A stretch of DNA of 64,000 nt from Gammaproteobacteria bacterium (GCA_963422205.2 CAXMWX010000003.1:96001-160000), one strand, 5' to 3'. Counted from the stretch's first letter, positions 10,765-20,168 are shown. Translations and numbers: made by a program. The notes: a model not told the origin generated them from the sequence alone.

Positions 10765-11715
10765 TTACCAGTTATAACCCACATGAAAACCGAGATGAAA
10801 TGTCTCATGCTCATCGTAGTTTTTACCATCTTTTTGAAAGGCACCGCCTTCGCCGTTTCTACCGCCGCCGGCAAACTGATACAACAGCCCAAGCGTGGCA
10901 AACCATTTCTGCTCAGCATAGTGGATACTCGGCCCGATGTAGTTGCCATTCTGGAATTGGCTGCCAATCTCCCAGTCAAACAGATCAAACTCCGAGCAAT
11001 CCACACCTGCTTCCGGGATGCCCTCCTCCTCAACACACAGATAGTCTGACTGTGAACGTATCTCAGCACCGATAAACCATCTCGGGGCGATGCGATAAGA
11101 GACCCCGAAGGCAACATCAAAGGCAATCTCTTCCTCTAACACGCCCGGCGTTACGCGGCGTTCAAACTCCATCTTGCCGAACAAGGCAAACACCAGGGTA
11201 TCGTCGAGAAAATTCTTTTGCAGAAAGAGTTGCGGGACAAAAGAATCCTGATCAATGTCGGCACCATCCAGGCGATAGTGATTCCGTCGCTCCCAGGCAA
11301 AGCCCACCGAGAGACCCATAAAGTCTTTATACGGGCTTAAAATATTATATTTCGCTTTCAGTTCAAACCCGCCGATGACGGTGGCATTCACACTGCCGCC
11401 GTTGGCCTCCTGGGTCTCATGCACGGGATTATTCCCCGCTTCAATCCCCGAATAATTATGATTGAATATCATCAGGGCAGCAGACAGGGTAAATTTGTTG
11501 GTGAAGCCGTATTCAACCTCCGGGCGAATATCATGAAAGGCATAACTGCCGGAGCCTTTGCCCAGCCTGGCGATGTAATTCAACTTTGCCTCATAAGTGC
11601 CCGCAGGACGGGTATCTGTCCCTCGGGCATAGACCCACAGGTTCTCCCCGGCATGGGCAGTCTGGCTGGCGATTAACACAATAAAAAACTTAACGTACAG
11701 TTTACGAAGCACCAT
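10765..11715 (-). CDS. Putative outer-membrane beta-barrel protein (DUF6662-like)
   Basis: Signal peptide ending AHA, amphipathic beta strands, C-terminal VGYNW; RBS before ATG at 11715. Confidence 0.65.
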   Translation of the reverse strand: MVLRKLYVKFFIVLIASQTAHAGENLWVYARGTDTRPAGTYEAKLNYIARLGKGSGSYAFHDIRPEVEYGFTNKFTLSAALMIFNHNYSGIEAGNNPVHETQEANGGSVNATVIGGFELKAKYNILSPYKDFMGLSVGFAWERRNHYRLDGADIDQDSFVPQLFLQKNFLDDTLVFALFGKMEFERRVTPGVLEEEIAFDVAFGVSYRIAPRWFIGAEIRSQSDYLCVEEEGIPEAGVDCSEFDLFDWEIGSQFQNGNYIGPSIHYAEQKWFATLGLLYQFAGGGRNGEGGAFQKDGKNYDEHETFHLGFHVGYNW

Positions 11716-11768
11716 ATCTTTCCCCTCAGGTTGGAACGAAAATAACAAACCCTATCTTAAACACAAAT

Positions 11769-11787
11769 GATAATGATTTACAGTATT
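11769..11787. promoter_or_regulatory. Fur-box-like operator upstream of the flavinylation operon
   Basis: GATAATGATTTACAGTATT matches 14/19 of GATAATGATAATCATTATC, preceded by AAT, in an AT-rich promoter region. Confidence 0.7.
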
Positions 11788-12215
11788 ATTTTTATTAGTA
11801 TATAATTTAACTTGAACACATCACTCTGGAAAGTCAATTTATTTTAGTTAAATCAGATAGTTATTGAGTTATGTCTGACGCCGGCAATCATACAGGGCGG
11901 GCAATCACCCACCCGATTCTCTTTCAGGGATCATGGCCACACAGTGGCCAGCGTGAAGTGGATACCGCATGACAACCGCTTATGGTGTGATCTTTATTTC
12001 ACCCATGCCGCCAGCACAGATGATAGTTAAGGGCTGGCAGTCAACGCACCCCGGCCTGTGCGCTGATGGAGGTTTGAGGAGGCCAGATCAATGATTGGCT
12101 CAAGGTGAGCCCGGCGACAAGCAATGTATTCAATGCACCGCCATCACCGTTTCTACCGCCGGCAGCAATGCGCCTGGAGTCGGTGTAACGTTCGGCGCGC
12201 AAATGACATGCTGGG

Positions 12216-12770
12216 TTATCCGCTATCAGACAACCGGCTTTCCCCTCTCATTTGAGCCAGCTTGAGTTTTTTATTTCGGGCAAGATAGGGCAGAAAAAAT
12301 AAATACAGGCCAGTCAACCAGAGTATCAGCAGGATCATGGCGGCGGGCAGAAAAATGCCGAGCTTGACCTTGTCATGGAAGAAAGTGCCATCGTGAATGG
12401 ATTCAATAATATCCGAACGCCGATAGGCCATATTGAGCACCTCGGCCGATTGATGATCCAGTTGTATCTCCCAGTTATCAGCCGCCCGTATTTTTATCAC
12501 GCCTTTTGCAGGGCGTATATCAATGCGAGCGATATCGCCCCAGGTGTTTATGGTTGAACCCGGCGCCATGCTGGCGGCATCCAGGATTTCAGCCATGCTG
12601 AGTGTCGGTATTTTTCCCTGCCCTGAGGCGGTCGGCGGCTGTATCCAGTCAATGTCTTTTTTCAGCAATAATACGATGCCTGAGCCAATGACAACAATCA
12701 CCGGCAGCGCAATGATGATCGCCCCCCAGTAGTGAATTTTACGGGCCAGTTTTTTCCAGTTCACTCTCAT
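12216..12770 (-). CDS. PepSY-associated TM helix protein
   Basis: RKIHYW..SG N-terminal TM, periplasmic PepSY-like segment, IHDG plus C-terminal TM with TGLY. Confidence 0.8.
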   Translation of the reverse strand: MRVNWKKLARKIHYWGAIIIALPVIVVIGSGIVLLLKKDIDWIQPPTASGQGKIPTLSMAEILDAASMAPGSTINTWGDIARIDIRPAKGVIKIRAADNWEIQLDHQSAEVLNMAYRRSDIIESIHDGTFFHDKVKLGIFLPAAMILLILWLTGLYLFFLPYLARNKKLKLAQMRGESRLSDSG

Positions 12771-12991
12771 AAAAACCAGGCGCTCTGCTTCAAGGATTGC
12801 CCACCAAATAGACGGGTAATCCCGGTATGAATTTTTTGCTCATCGCATGGAAGCCGTGCAGATAGATGTTAAAATATGTATGCCAGGTTCAGAATGGTAT
12901 ACACCAGTTACACTGACCGCAAATATTCAAACGCTGATAACATCCTGATACATTGCAGATAATGGTCTGCTCAAGTATCTTGAGCACGAAA

Positions 12992-14338
12992 ATGACATTA
13001 AAACCAGTGCAACATATTCCAACCTTGGAAATCTCGCCGCAAATCAAGACGCAGGAATTCTTCAGCCCCAGAAAAGTCAGCACGGGCAGGTTTTATTATG
13101 AGGCCAGAGCACACCGGCACTGTCCGCATGTAGTGAAATTCTCAGGCGGCAAAACCAGCGGTATGCTGTTGTTTATTTTGCTGGAATCAGGTCTGCTGAA
13201 AGCCGAACGGGGAGATGTCGTTATTTTCAACAACACCTCAGCTGAACATCCCAAGACCTATGAGTTTGTCAGGCAATGCAAATGCATTGTCGAGCAACGT
13301 TATCACATTCCCTTTTTCTGGGTTGAGTATCAAACCTATGAAGATGCAAGACAGGGTGAGTATGTGCGCCTGTCCTCTTTCAAGCTGGTCAACACCTCGC
13401 CCTGTTCCAAAACCAACCCTGATGGTTACCATCATCGGGGCGAAGTATTTGAAGAGCTGTTATCCCATAAAGGCTACGTACCGACCCTGTTTCAACGGGT
13501 ATGTACGCAAGCTCTGAAGCTGGAAAGCAGCCGGTTTTTTCTACAGGAATGGCTCGCCAATAAGGAGGAAACCGAGCGCTTGGGACACTTCGGAGAAGTC
13601 AGCCGCATTGATGACGATGAGACCTACAGGCGGCACATCAAACACGGCGGTGCTGTGCCTCGTGATATTTTTCTCGCTAAAAAAGCCTTTCTGAAACAAT
13701 GCAGCCTGGCACGCAGCTCGCAAAAGTGGACGGATTTCAGCGATGCCGTCATCCCTTTTGCCAACAGGGCGCTCGATGGCAAGGTGTATGGCAAAAGGGC
13801 GCATCTCGGTGCGGATGGTGTCGAATATATTTCCTTCGTTGGCATTCGCTACGATGAGATGCAGCGTATCAACAAGATACAACGGCGCAATGCGGGCGGC
13901 CCTGATGCGAAGGGCTATGAGGGGGAACAGGTCTATATGCCACTCGCTGGCATGAAAATAACCGAAGAAGACGTGCAGGCTTTTTGGGATAAGCAGACTT
14001 GGACGCTGCAACTCAACAGAGGCGACAACCTGTCGAACTGCACATTCTGCTTTCTCAAAGGCACACAAAAGCTGGCAGCCGCCAAGCGGGCGCTCAAGCA
14101 GGATCAGGATAACGTATATGCAAACACACCCTGTGATATTCGCTGGTGGGCTGAAATCGAAGAAAAATATGGCCGTGATATGGAGGCTGAAGGACGGCAA
14201 ACCCGGGCGAATGTGGCGAATAATTTTATCGGCTTCTTCGGTGTTTCCAGTGGGATGTCCTACCGCTCGTTGGCAGACGGCCTGGATACAGCCACCCAGT
14301 CATCTGAGGAGGGTCTGCCCTGTGATTGTACGGACTGA
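12992..14338 (+). CDS. PAPS-reductase-like PP-loop (adenine nucleotide alpha hydrolase) protein with Cys motifs
   Basis: KFSGGKTSG PP-loop, NTSAEH..TYEF, RVCT..LK, VGIRYDE, SNCTFCFLKG and C-terminal PCDCTD. Confidence 0.85.
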   Translation: MTLKPVQHIPTLEISPQIKTQEFFSPRKVSTGRFYYEARAHRHCPHVVKFSGGKTSGMLLFILLESGLLKAERGDVVIFNNTSAEHPKTYEFVRQCKCIVEQRYHIPFFWVEYQTYEDARQGEYVRLSSFKLVNTSPCSKTNPDGYHHRGEVFEELLSHKGYVPTLFQRVCTQALKLESSRFFLQEWLANKEETERLGHFGEVSRIDDDETYRRHIKHGGAVPRDIFLAKKAFLKQCSLARSSQKWTDFSDAVIPFANRALDGKVYGKRAHLGADGVEYISFVGIRYDEMQRINKIQRRNAGGPDAKGYEGEQVYMPLAGMKITEEDVQAFWDKQTWTLQLNRGDNLSNCTFCFLKGTQKLAAAKRALKQDQDNVYANTPCDIRWWAEIEEKYGRDMEAEGRQTRANVANNFIGFFGVSSGMSYRSLADGLDTATQSSEEGLPCDCTD

Positions 14339-14340
14339 GC

Positions 14341-15490
14341 ATGTCATCAGCACCAATATATCTCGATAACCAATCGACCACGCCTCTGGCCCCTGAAGTG
14401 CTGGAGGCGATGTTGCCCTATTTCAGGCAAGCCTATGGTAATCCGCATTCCGGTGAACATGTTTTTGGCTGGCAGGCGTTTTCCGCCCTGGAGAATGCCC
14501 GGCTTGAGGTGGCCGAATTAATCGGGGCAGAAAAATCCGACATCATCTTTACCTCCGGGGCGACCGAATCCGTATCACTGGCGATTCAGGGCGCAGCCCA
14601 ATCCCCCGTCAGGGGCGGGCAGTATAAAATTATCACAGTCGCCACCGAACATGCCTGCGTTTTGGCAAGCTGCCAGCAAATGCGCCGCCATGGCTATGGA
14701 AGTAACCCTGTTGCCGGTCGCCAGCGATGGTCGGGTTGATCTGGCTCGCCTGCAACGGCAGGTGGATGATAAGACGCTGCTGGTGTCCGTGATGCTGGCA
14801 AATAATGAAATCGGGGTGCTCCAGCCGGTCGGCGAAATCGCTGCCATCTGCCGAAGCGCTGGCTGTCTAAGCCATACTGATGCCACTCAGGCCGTTGGTA
14901 AAATTCCGGTGGATGTCGATGTCTTAGGCGTTGATATGCTCAGTGCCTCGGCGCACAAATTCTACGGACCCAAAGGCATTGGCCTACTTTTTATTCGTCC
15001 CGGTATAGAGCGGCGGTTACACCCCATGATGCAGGGCGGCGGTCAGGAAAAAGGCTTGCGCCCCGGCACCGTGCCAGTGCCGCTGGCAGTCGGATTCGGC
15101 ATGGCGGCAAGACTGGCTGGCGAGACCATGGCAACTGAAGCCAGGCGGCTGGCGGAACTGCGTGACCTGTTGCTTAGTCGGCTGCAACAAAACATCTCAG
15201 ATCTTCGGGTGCTTGGTAGCATGGAACACCGCTTGCCGGGCAATCTGTCGCTTGTCTTTCCCCATGTTTCAGGCAATACTTTGGTCGCCAGGCTGGGTGA
15301 ACAGCTGGCCATATCCACAGGATCATCATGTTCGTCAATCAGCGCCGAACCCTCGCATGTGATCAGGGCGCTAGGCTTAGGTGAGGCCATCGCCAGCGCT
15401 GCCCTTCGCATCAGCATCGGGCGTTTCAATACCAAAGACGAAATAGAGCAAGCCGCTGACTGGCTTCTGACGGCAGCAACGGGAAGTTAA
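14341..15490 (+). CDS. Group I cysteine desulfurase (IscS/NifS/DndA-like) with one +1 frameshift at about 14698
   Basis: IYLDNQSTTP, GNPHS, FTSGATES in frame 1; NNEIG, HTDATQ, SAHKFYGPKGIG (PLP Lys) and STGSSCSS (catalytic Cys) in frame 2; TATGGAAGTA restores HGY-EVTLLPV if one G is removed. Confidence 0.9.
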
Positions 15491-15494
15491 AATA

Positions 15495-17259
15495 GTGAAA
15501 ATAAAAAAACACCCCGACCTTCATTTCAATGCTGGTGCGGTGGAAGGTTTTACCTCAGCAGGCGTACAGGCGTTCAATGAGTTAAACCCGGACGCCATTG
15601 TGCGGGAGCTGATCCAGAACTCACTGGATGCGGTGCGTGAAGCTGGCCGAGAGCAGGCTATGATGCGTTTTGAGTTAGAAAAGATAGCGCTTGATAAGGT
15701 ACCGGCGATACAAACCTATAAAAAGATATTTAAGAAGGTATGCGACTCGCAAAAACGACATTTTAACAACGAACTGCCCGATCAGGCAGCGATAGTGGCA
15801 GGTACGATAGATGAGGCGCTGAAACAGCCCAGGGTTCAGATGCTCTCGGTGCTGGATAACGGGCTGGGACTGGACGAGGAGCGCATGTTCGGCCTGCTGG
15901 CCGATGGCATGAGCATGAAGCCAAGTACCGGTGCTGGTGCGGTCGGCAATGGTCATCTGACCGCTATTCCCGCCTCCAATCTGCGCTATGTGCTGTATGG
16001 CGGGGTCAGCACCGGAGGTCAAAAGATAGCATCCGGGCATGCCGTTCTGGCTTCCTTTGCCGATGAGCAAGGGATCTGCATGGGCAAGGATGGCTACTAT
16101 GCGCTGTCGGTGTGTGGACAGATGCAAAACCCCTATGAGTTTGTCCCTGAAGATAGCATGGCCCGGCTGATTAAAACGAAGTTGGACTGGATTGAAACGT
16201 ACTCGGACTCTAAAATGGGCGCCGCCGTCATCATACCGGCCTTCAATGGTTTTAAGGAAAAAGCAGACCTGTGGGCGCTGATCAGCAAGGCGGCGGCTTG
16301 CAGTTTCTTTGCCGCCATCGCCGATGGTCATCTGCATATTATCTACCGGGACGGTGCTGGCGAGCAGCGGCCGCTCTCGCATTGATTTATGTCGCAATGG
16401 CATGTGGATCACTGACGATTTGCCCGGTTTGAAACCCAGCAAATTCACGGATCGTCGGCCTTTTCACGCCGTGATAAAAGTGACCGCCCAAGATGGCCAG
16501 ATCCACCAGCTGATACGTAAATCAGAAGGGCCGCTGCACAATCATATTGAAGCGAGGAAATGGCTTCGGCCGGAAGAGGCGAAAAAACTAAAAGAAGCCT
16601 TTGACAAAATTGCCGACTTTCTCTTGGAGAAACTTGAGCGGCTTGCCGAGGAGTCCTTTGAGGTGGATGATTTTTTGAACATTCAGATAGAGGATAGCGG
16701 CGCTGCTGGCGGGAGGCGCACCGGTAATATCGGCCAATTCGAAGAAGAACCCGAACCCCGACCAAGGGTGTCAAGAGGCAATAGGAATCCACCCAATCCC
16801 GGCCCAACACCACCAAACCTTGACCCCAATCCTGTGCCAACCCCTAATGTATTCAAGCGCAGCGGCAACGCTGTGCCCTTCGGGGCCACGCCCGTACCGA
16901 CCGGGCGGCGCTCTTGGGAGGTCGAACTGCACCCCCGGCAAAACCTCAACGCCGATACCGAGGCAGAAATCCGCTTTATCCTGGATGAGAATATCGACAG
17001 CAGTTGCGACCCCGGCAGTGAAGAGCAATTCGTTATTTTGACGGCGGTGGAACTGAACGGGCAAGCAGTGGCCGCTGATGAATTGATCAGGGGTGCTGAC
17101 GGCGTACTGGGTGTGCGGTTGGGTCAATTCAACCCCGGCGAGAACTATCGGCTCAAGTTCGACTATGAACTGCCGGCGGGCCTTGATGTGCCGAGCGGCG
17201 AGCGCGTACTTCTGCGTGCTGAAATCGTCCGCCGTCGCCAACCAATGCGAGAACAATGA
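15495..17259 (+). CDS. GHKL (HATPase_c-like) ATPase, split into two frames near 16365
   Basis: VRELIQNSLDA (N box), DNGLG (G1), GAGAVGNG (G2); ORF 15495-16385 overlaps ORF 16309-17259, which has no convincing start of its own; Pro-rich linker at about 16790-16850. Confidence 0.72.
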
Positions 17260-18116
17260 TGACAAAACCGGCCCCAGCCGTGCGCTCGCTGCCTCACCCC
17301 GCCATAGAAGACGGCAACTTCTCCTTTCCCGATGGTAAATATCAGGTGACAACGCAACTGCCGGGCAATACTGGCGACCGGGTTATCCTTCACCATCAGC
17401 TAACCGGTGCGCCGTTTATTGAACGACTGCTCAAAATGGGCGAGGCAAGATTCGCCTGCCTGGTGTCGGTATCAAAAACTGGCTATCGCAAGCTGCATAT
17501 AGCCGCTGAGACTGAGGCCAGGCAGGAAGTCTGCTGGGATTTGGCAGTGGTGGGTGAGCCGCCCCGGCTGGGTCCGCTGGTGTTGTATCTTGGCACCGGT
17601 CTGAAACACAGATTCACCGAACAGGACGGCGTGGCGCCGCTCTGGCGAGGGCGGGACATTGACCTGCCCAGAGGTGTGCGGCTGGCGAGGGGGCGCTACC
17701 GACGTCCGGCGGCCTCCATTGCGAATCTGCTAACTGTCAGGCGCAACGAAGAGTTGCCGGCTGGCAGCTTCACTGTGGCTGATAATACCAATGCGGGATT
17801 TTATTTTAGCCTGGCTGCTGCTGCCGATATTTTTCAATTTCTGCAAAACCCACAAGATAACAGCGCCCTGAGGTCCAGCATTCTCACCCATGCGGTGAGC
17901 CAGTGCTTTAACATCCTGCAACGCAACTACAGTGCATCCGAGGAGGACGATGGGGCAGATGGCGGTTGGGAGCAGCATACAAATCTGGTGGCCCTGGCCG
18001 GTTGGTTGCAAGGCAAGGGTATGCCCCACTGGAGCGATAATGATTTTGATGCCATCGAAACAGCGACAAGGCTATATCCAATCAGAGTGCCAGCGCATAA
18101 GGATGAGGAGGCATGA
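17256..18116 (+). CDS. Hypothetical protein (286 aa) in the sulfur-modification operon
   Basis: ATGA overlap with upstream stop; N-terminal RSLPHP motif; beta-rich then helical appearance. Confidence 0.75.
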   Translation: MMTKPAPAVRSLPHPAIEDGNFSFPDGKYQVTTQLPGNTGDRVILHHQLTGAPFIERLLKMGEARFACLVSVSKTGYRKLHIAAETEARQEVCWDLAVVGEPPRLGPLVLYLGTGLKHRFTEQDGVAPLWRGRDIDLPRGVRLARGRYRRPAASIANLLTVRRNEELPAGSFTVADNTNAGFYFSLAAAADIFQFLQNPQDNSALRSSILTHAVSQCFNILQRNYSASEEDDGADGGWEQHTNLVALAGWLQGKGMPHWSDNDFDAIETATRLYPIRVPAHKDEEA

Positions 18117-18979
18117 TGGGCTATTGGGCATTGAATGATGCTGACTATACCGGCCTGCGAAAAGACTTGCTGAAAGAAAAAGGCAGCACTCTACAACAGG
18201 AATTTATTGCAGCAGCGAAGAGTAACTCAACCTTTATCGCCCAGATAGACCAACGCATCGGCTTGGAAAAAACAGGCGAGCCATTCAAACTCCTGGCTGA
18301 GCCGCTATCGGAAGGTGAATACAAAGCGCTGCCGCTAACAATGGAACAGCAGTTGTTTGCTCAATGGGCGGGGATAATGCCAGCCCAGGCCAGCGAGGAA
18401 ACCTTCTGGGGGTATGTGACGCTGGAGCATATCCGGCAGGGGCGCATCGAATCTGGCTATCTGGCTGCCAATGGCGGCGACAACGGCGAGGAGCGCATTG
18501 ACAAGGCGTTGAGCGATGCTGATGTGAAAAGCACGGATGGTGTGATACGCACGATTTTAAGGCGGCTCGGCGGCCTGCCGGAGAGGGGTAGAAGAAGCCT
18601 GTATGTGGACTGTCCGTTTGCGCGCGCCTGGTGGCGGGGCTATGTGGCGCAGCAGGTATGTGAGGAGACCGGTGCCGCTCACGGCAAGGTGGCAAAGGTG
18701 CTGGGCTTTACACCCACTTACTGGGAAAAACTGATTGTTCTGATTGTCTCTCGAAATGCCGTGCTGGGCGACAGCAAGGTGCGCTCTGCCCTGATCTGGG
18801 CTCTGTCCGAATGGGTGGAGGATGACAGTAAACAGACACTATTCCAGAGTAAGACCATTCAAAGGATTTCCCGGCAGATCGGCATACGCTGTGCCTGGCA
18901 GGAGCTTGGTGCATTCGAGGCTAGGGACCTGAAACAGATGATAGAGCAGGACTTTCTGCCCGATTTACGCGCAGGCTGA
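18113..18979 (+). CDS. Hypothetical alpha-helical protein (288 aa), DUF6339-like
   Basis: GAGGAGG RBS and ATGA overlap; A..ETFWGYVTLEH and FARAWWRGY motifs recall DUF6339 (from memory, unverified). Confidence 0.65.
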   Translation: MMGYWALNDADYTGLRKDLLKEKGSTLQQEFIAAAKSNSTFIAQIDQRIGLEKTGEPFKLLAEPLSEGEYKALPLTMEQQLFAQWAGIMPAQASEETFWGYVTLEHIRQGRIESGYLAANGGDNGEERIDKALSDADVKSTDGVIRTILRRLGGLPERGRRSLYVDCPFARAWWRGYVAQQVCEETGAAHGKVAKVLGFTPTYWEKLIVLIVSRNAVLGDSKVRSALIWALSEWVEDDSKQTLFQSKTIQRISRQIGIRCAWQELGAFEARDLKQMIEQDFLPDLRAG

Positions 18980-19052
18980 ACCGCTCAGGTTATGGTGCGC
19001 CCTGTTTCATTCCTCGTGCCTTAACGGCAAGTCAGCACCGCAAAAACTCTGA

Positions 19053-19682
19053 TCACGCCTCTGCGCTGGGTCGGCTGCTGACCGCATCATACCAGCGCTT
19101 CAGGTGGGCTTGCTCGGTGCTGATGTTGAGCTTGATCCAGTCGGCGAAATCCACCGTGACCAGCGCGGTGATGTCGGCCAGGCTGAAGCACTCGCCGCAG
19201 ATAAATTCATGCTCGGCCAGGCGTTGATCCAGCATCTGAAAAAACGCCTCAGCCCTCGCCCTGCCACGGGTCACCAGCTCAGGGATCTGTGCATGTTTGC
19301 CCGGCCCGGGCAGCGAGCGGTCGACAAACAGGCTGGACTGGTTGCGAAACGACTCGGCCACCCCGGCCAGCCCGGCAAACTCTATGCGCGCCTGCCACAT
19401 GGCGATCGTGGCCTTCTCCGCTGGCGTTCCCCCCATCAGCGGTGGCTCTGGGTGAGTGGCCTCCAGATAGACGGCGATCGCCAGGTTCTCAGTGAGCACC
19501 ATGCCATCATCCAGTACCAGCGCCGGGACTGTGCAGCCGGGATTGATCGCTCTGAATGCCTCGCTGAATTGCTCGCCTTTGGTCAGGTCAATCTGCACGG
19601 TGTCGATATCCAGTTGTTTCTCCGCCATGAACATGCGCGCCCGTCGGGGGTTGGGTGCGGCGGTAAAATCGTATAGTTTCAT
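19053..19682 (-). CDS. Glutathione S-transferase family protein
   Basis: APNPRR, NP..TVPAL, LTE..AI..YL and FSLADI motifs. Confidence 0.93.
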   Translation of the reverse strand: MKLYDFTAAPNPRRARMFMAEKQLDIDTVQIDLTKGEQFSEAFRAINPGCTVPALVLDDGMVLTENLAIAVYLEATHPEPPLMGGTPAEKATIAMWQARIEFAGLAGVAESFRNQSSLFVDRSLPGPGKHAQIPELVTRGRARAEAFFQMLDQRLAEHEFICGECFSLADITALVTVDFADWIKLNISTEQAHLKRWYDAVSSRPSAEA

Positions 19683-20071
19683 TGTCAAATCCTCAGGCTC
19701 TCTTTAGTTAAGTACGCTGATCATGTGGCGTATCATCTGGCTTGTCTACGCCAGCATGGCACGCTGTCAGATTAGGTAAAATCCGACTGCCACCATAGCA
19801 ATGTCCGGCGATTTTGCCTAGCCCTGAATTAATTATCCATTATCTGCTGCCGGATACAGGAAATCGAGAGTCCCAGGTTGAACACTTGAGCGCTTATCTT
19901 ACGCCTTACCGCTCGCCAGGCCATGCAGCGCTCACCCCAATGGGCGATACCACCGATACGGCTGGCAGGCGCACAACAGCCGCTTGATGATGTTTGATGA
20001 TAATGGGGGCATGGTCAGGCCACCGTCCGCCTGCCCGGCCTGACGGCCTGGGGATATCATGTCTTGCTTAA

Positions 20072-20121
20072 ATACCTGAGTAATTTAGTCGGAAAAATAC
20101 TTGACTGATTTAGTCAGATAT
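20072..20121 (+). promoter_or_regulatory. Two tandem type 1 IscR-binding sites overlapping a TTGACT -35 element
   Basis: ATACCTGAGTAATTTAGTCGGAAAA and ATACTTGACTGATTTAGTCAGATAT directly upstream of iscR. Confidence 0.85.
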
Positions 20122-20168
20122 GTGATCCTGTGCGCCTTTAACCACCATCAGCAACCAGGCAGGTCGTG

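Noticed and set aside
12992-15490. Interpreting the pair as sulfate assimilation (cysH) or housekeeping iscS
   Set aside because: No cysDN/cysIJ or iscU/hsc neighbours, no CysH ECGLH tail, and tight coupling to a GHKL ATPase and unknown genes
16790-16850. C-rich low-complexity tract
   Set aside because: Explained as a Pro/Asn-rich linker within the GHKL protein
12992-18979. Calling it a canonical dnd or ssp cluster
   Set aside because: No Walker-A coiled-coil DndD, DGQHR DndB, DndE, SspB or SspC recognisable
19850-19895. tRNA-like fragment (GAGAGTCCCAGGTTGAACACTTG) as a possible att site
   Set aside because: No TTC T-loop, poor stems and no match to the tRNA-Ile 3' end
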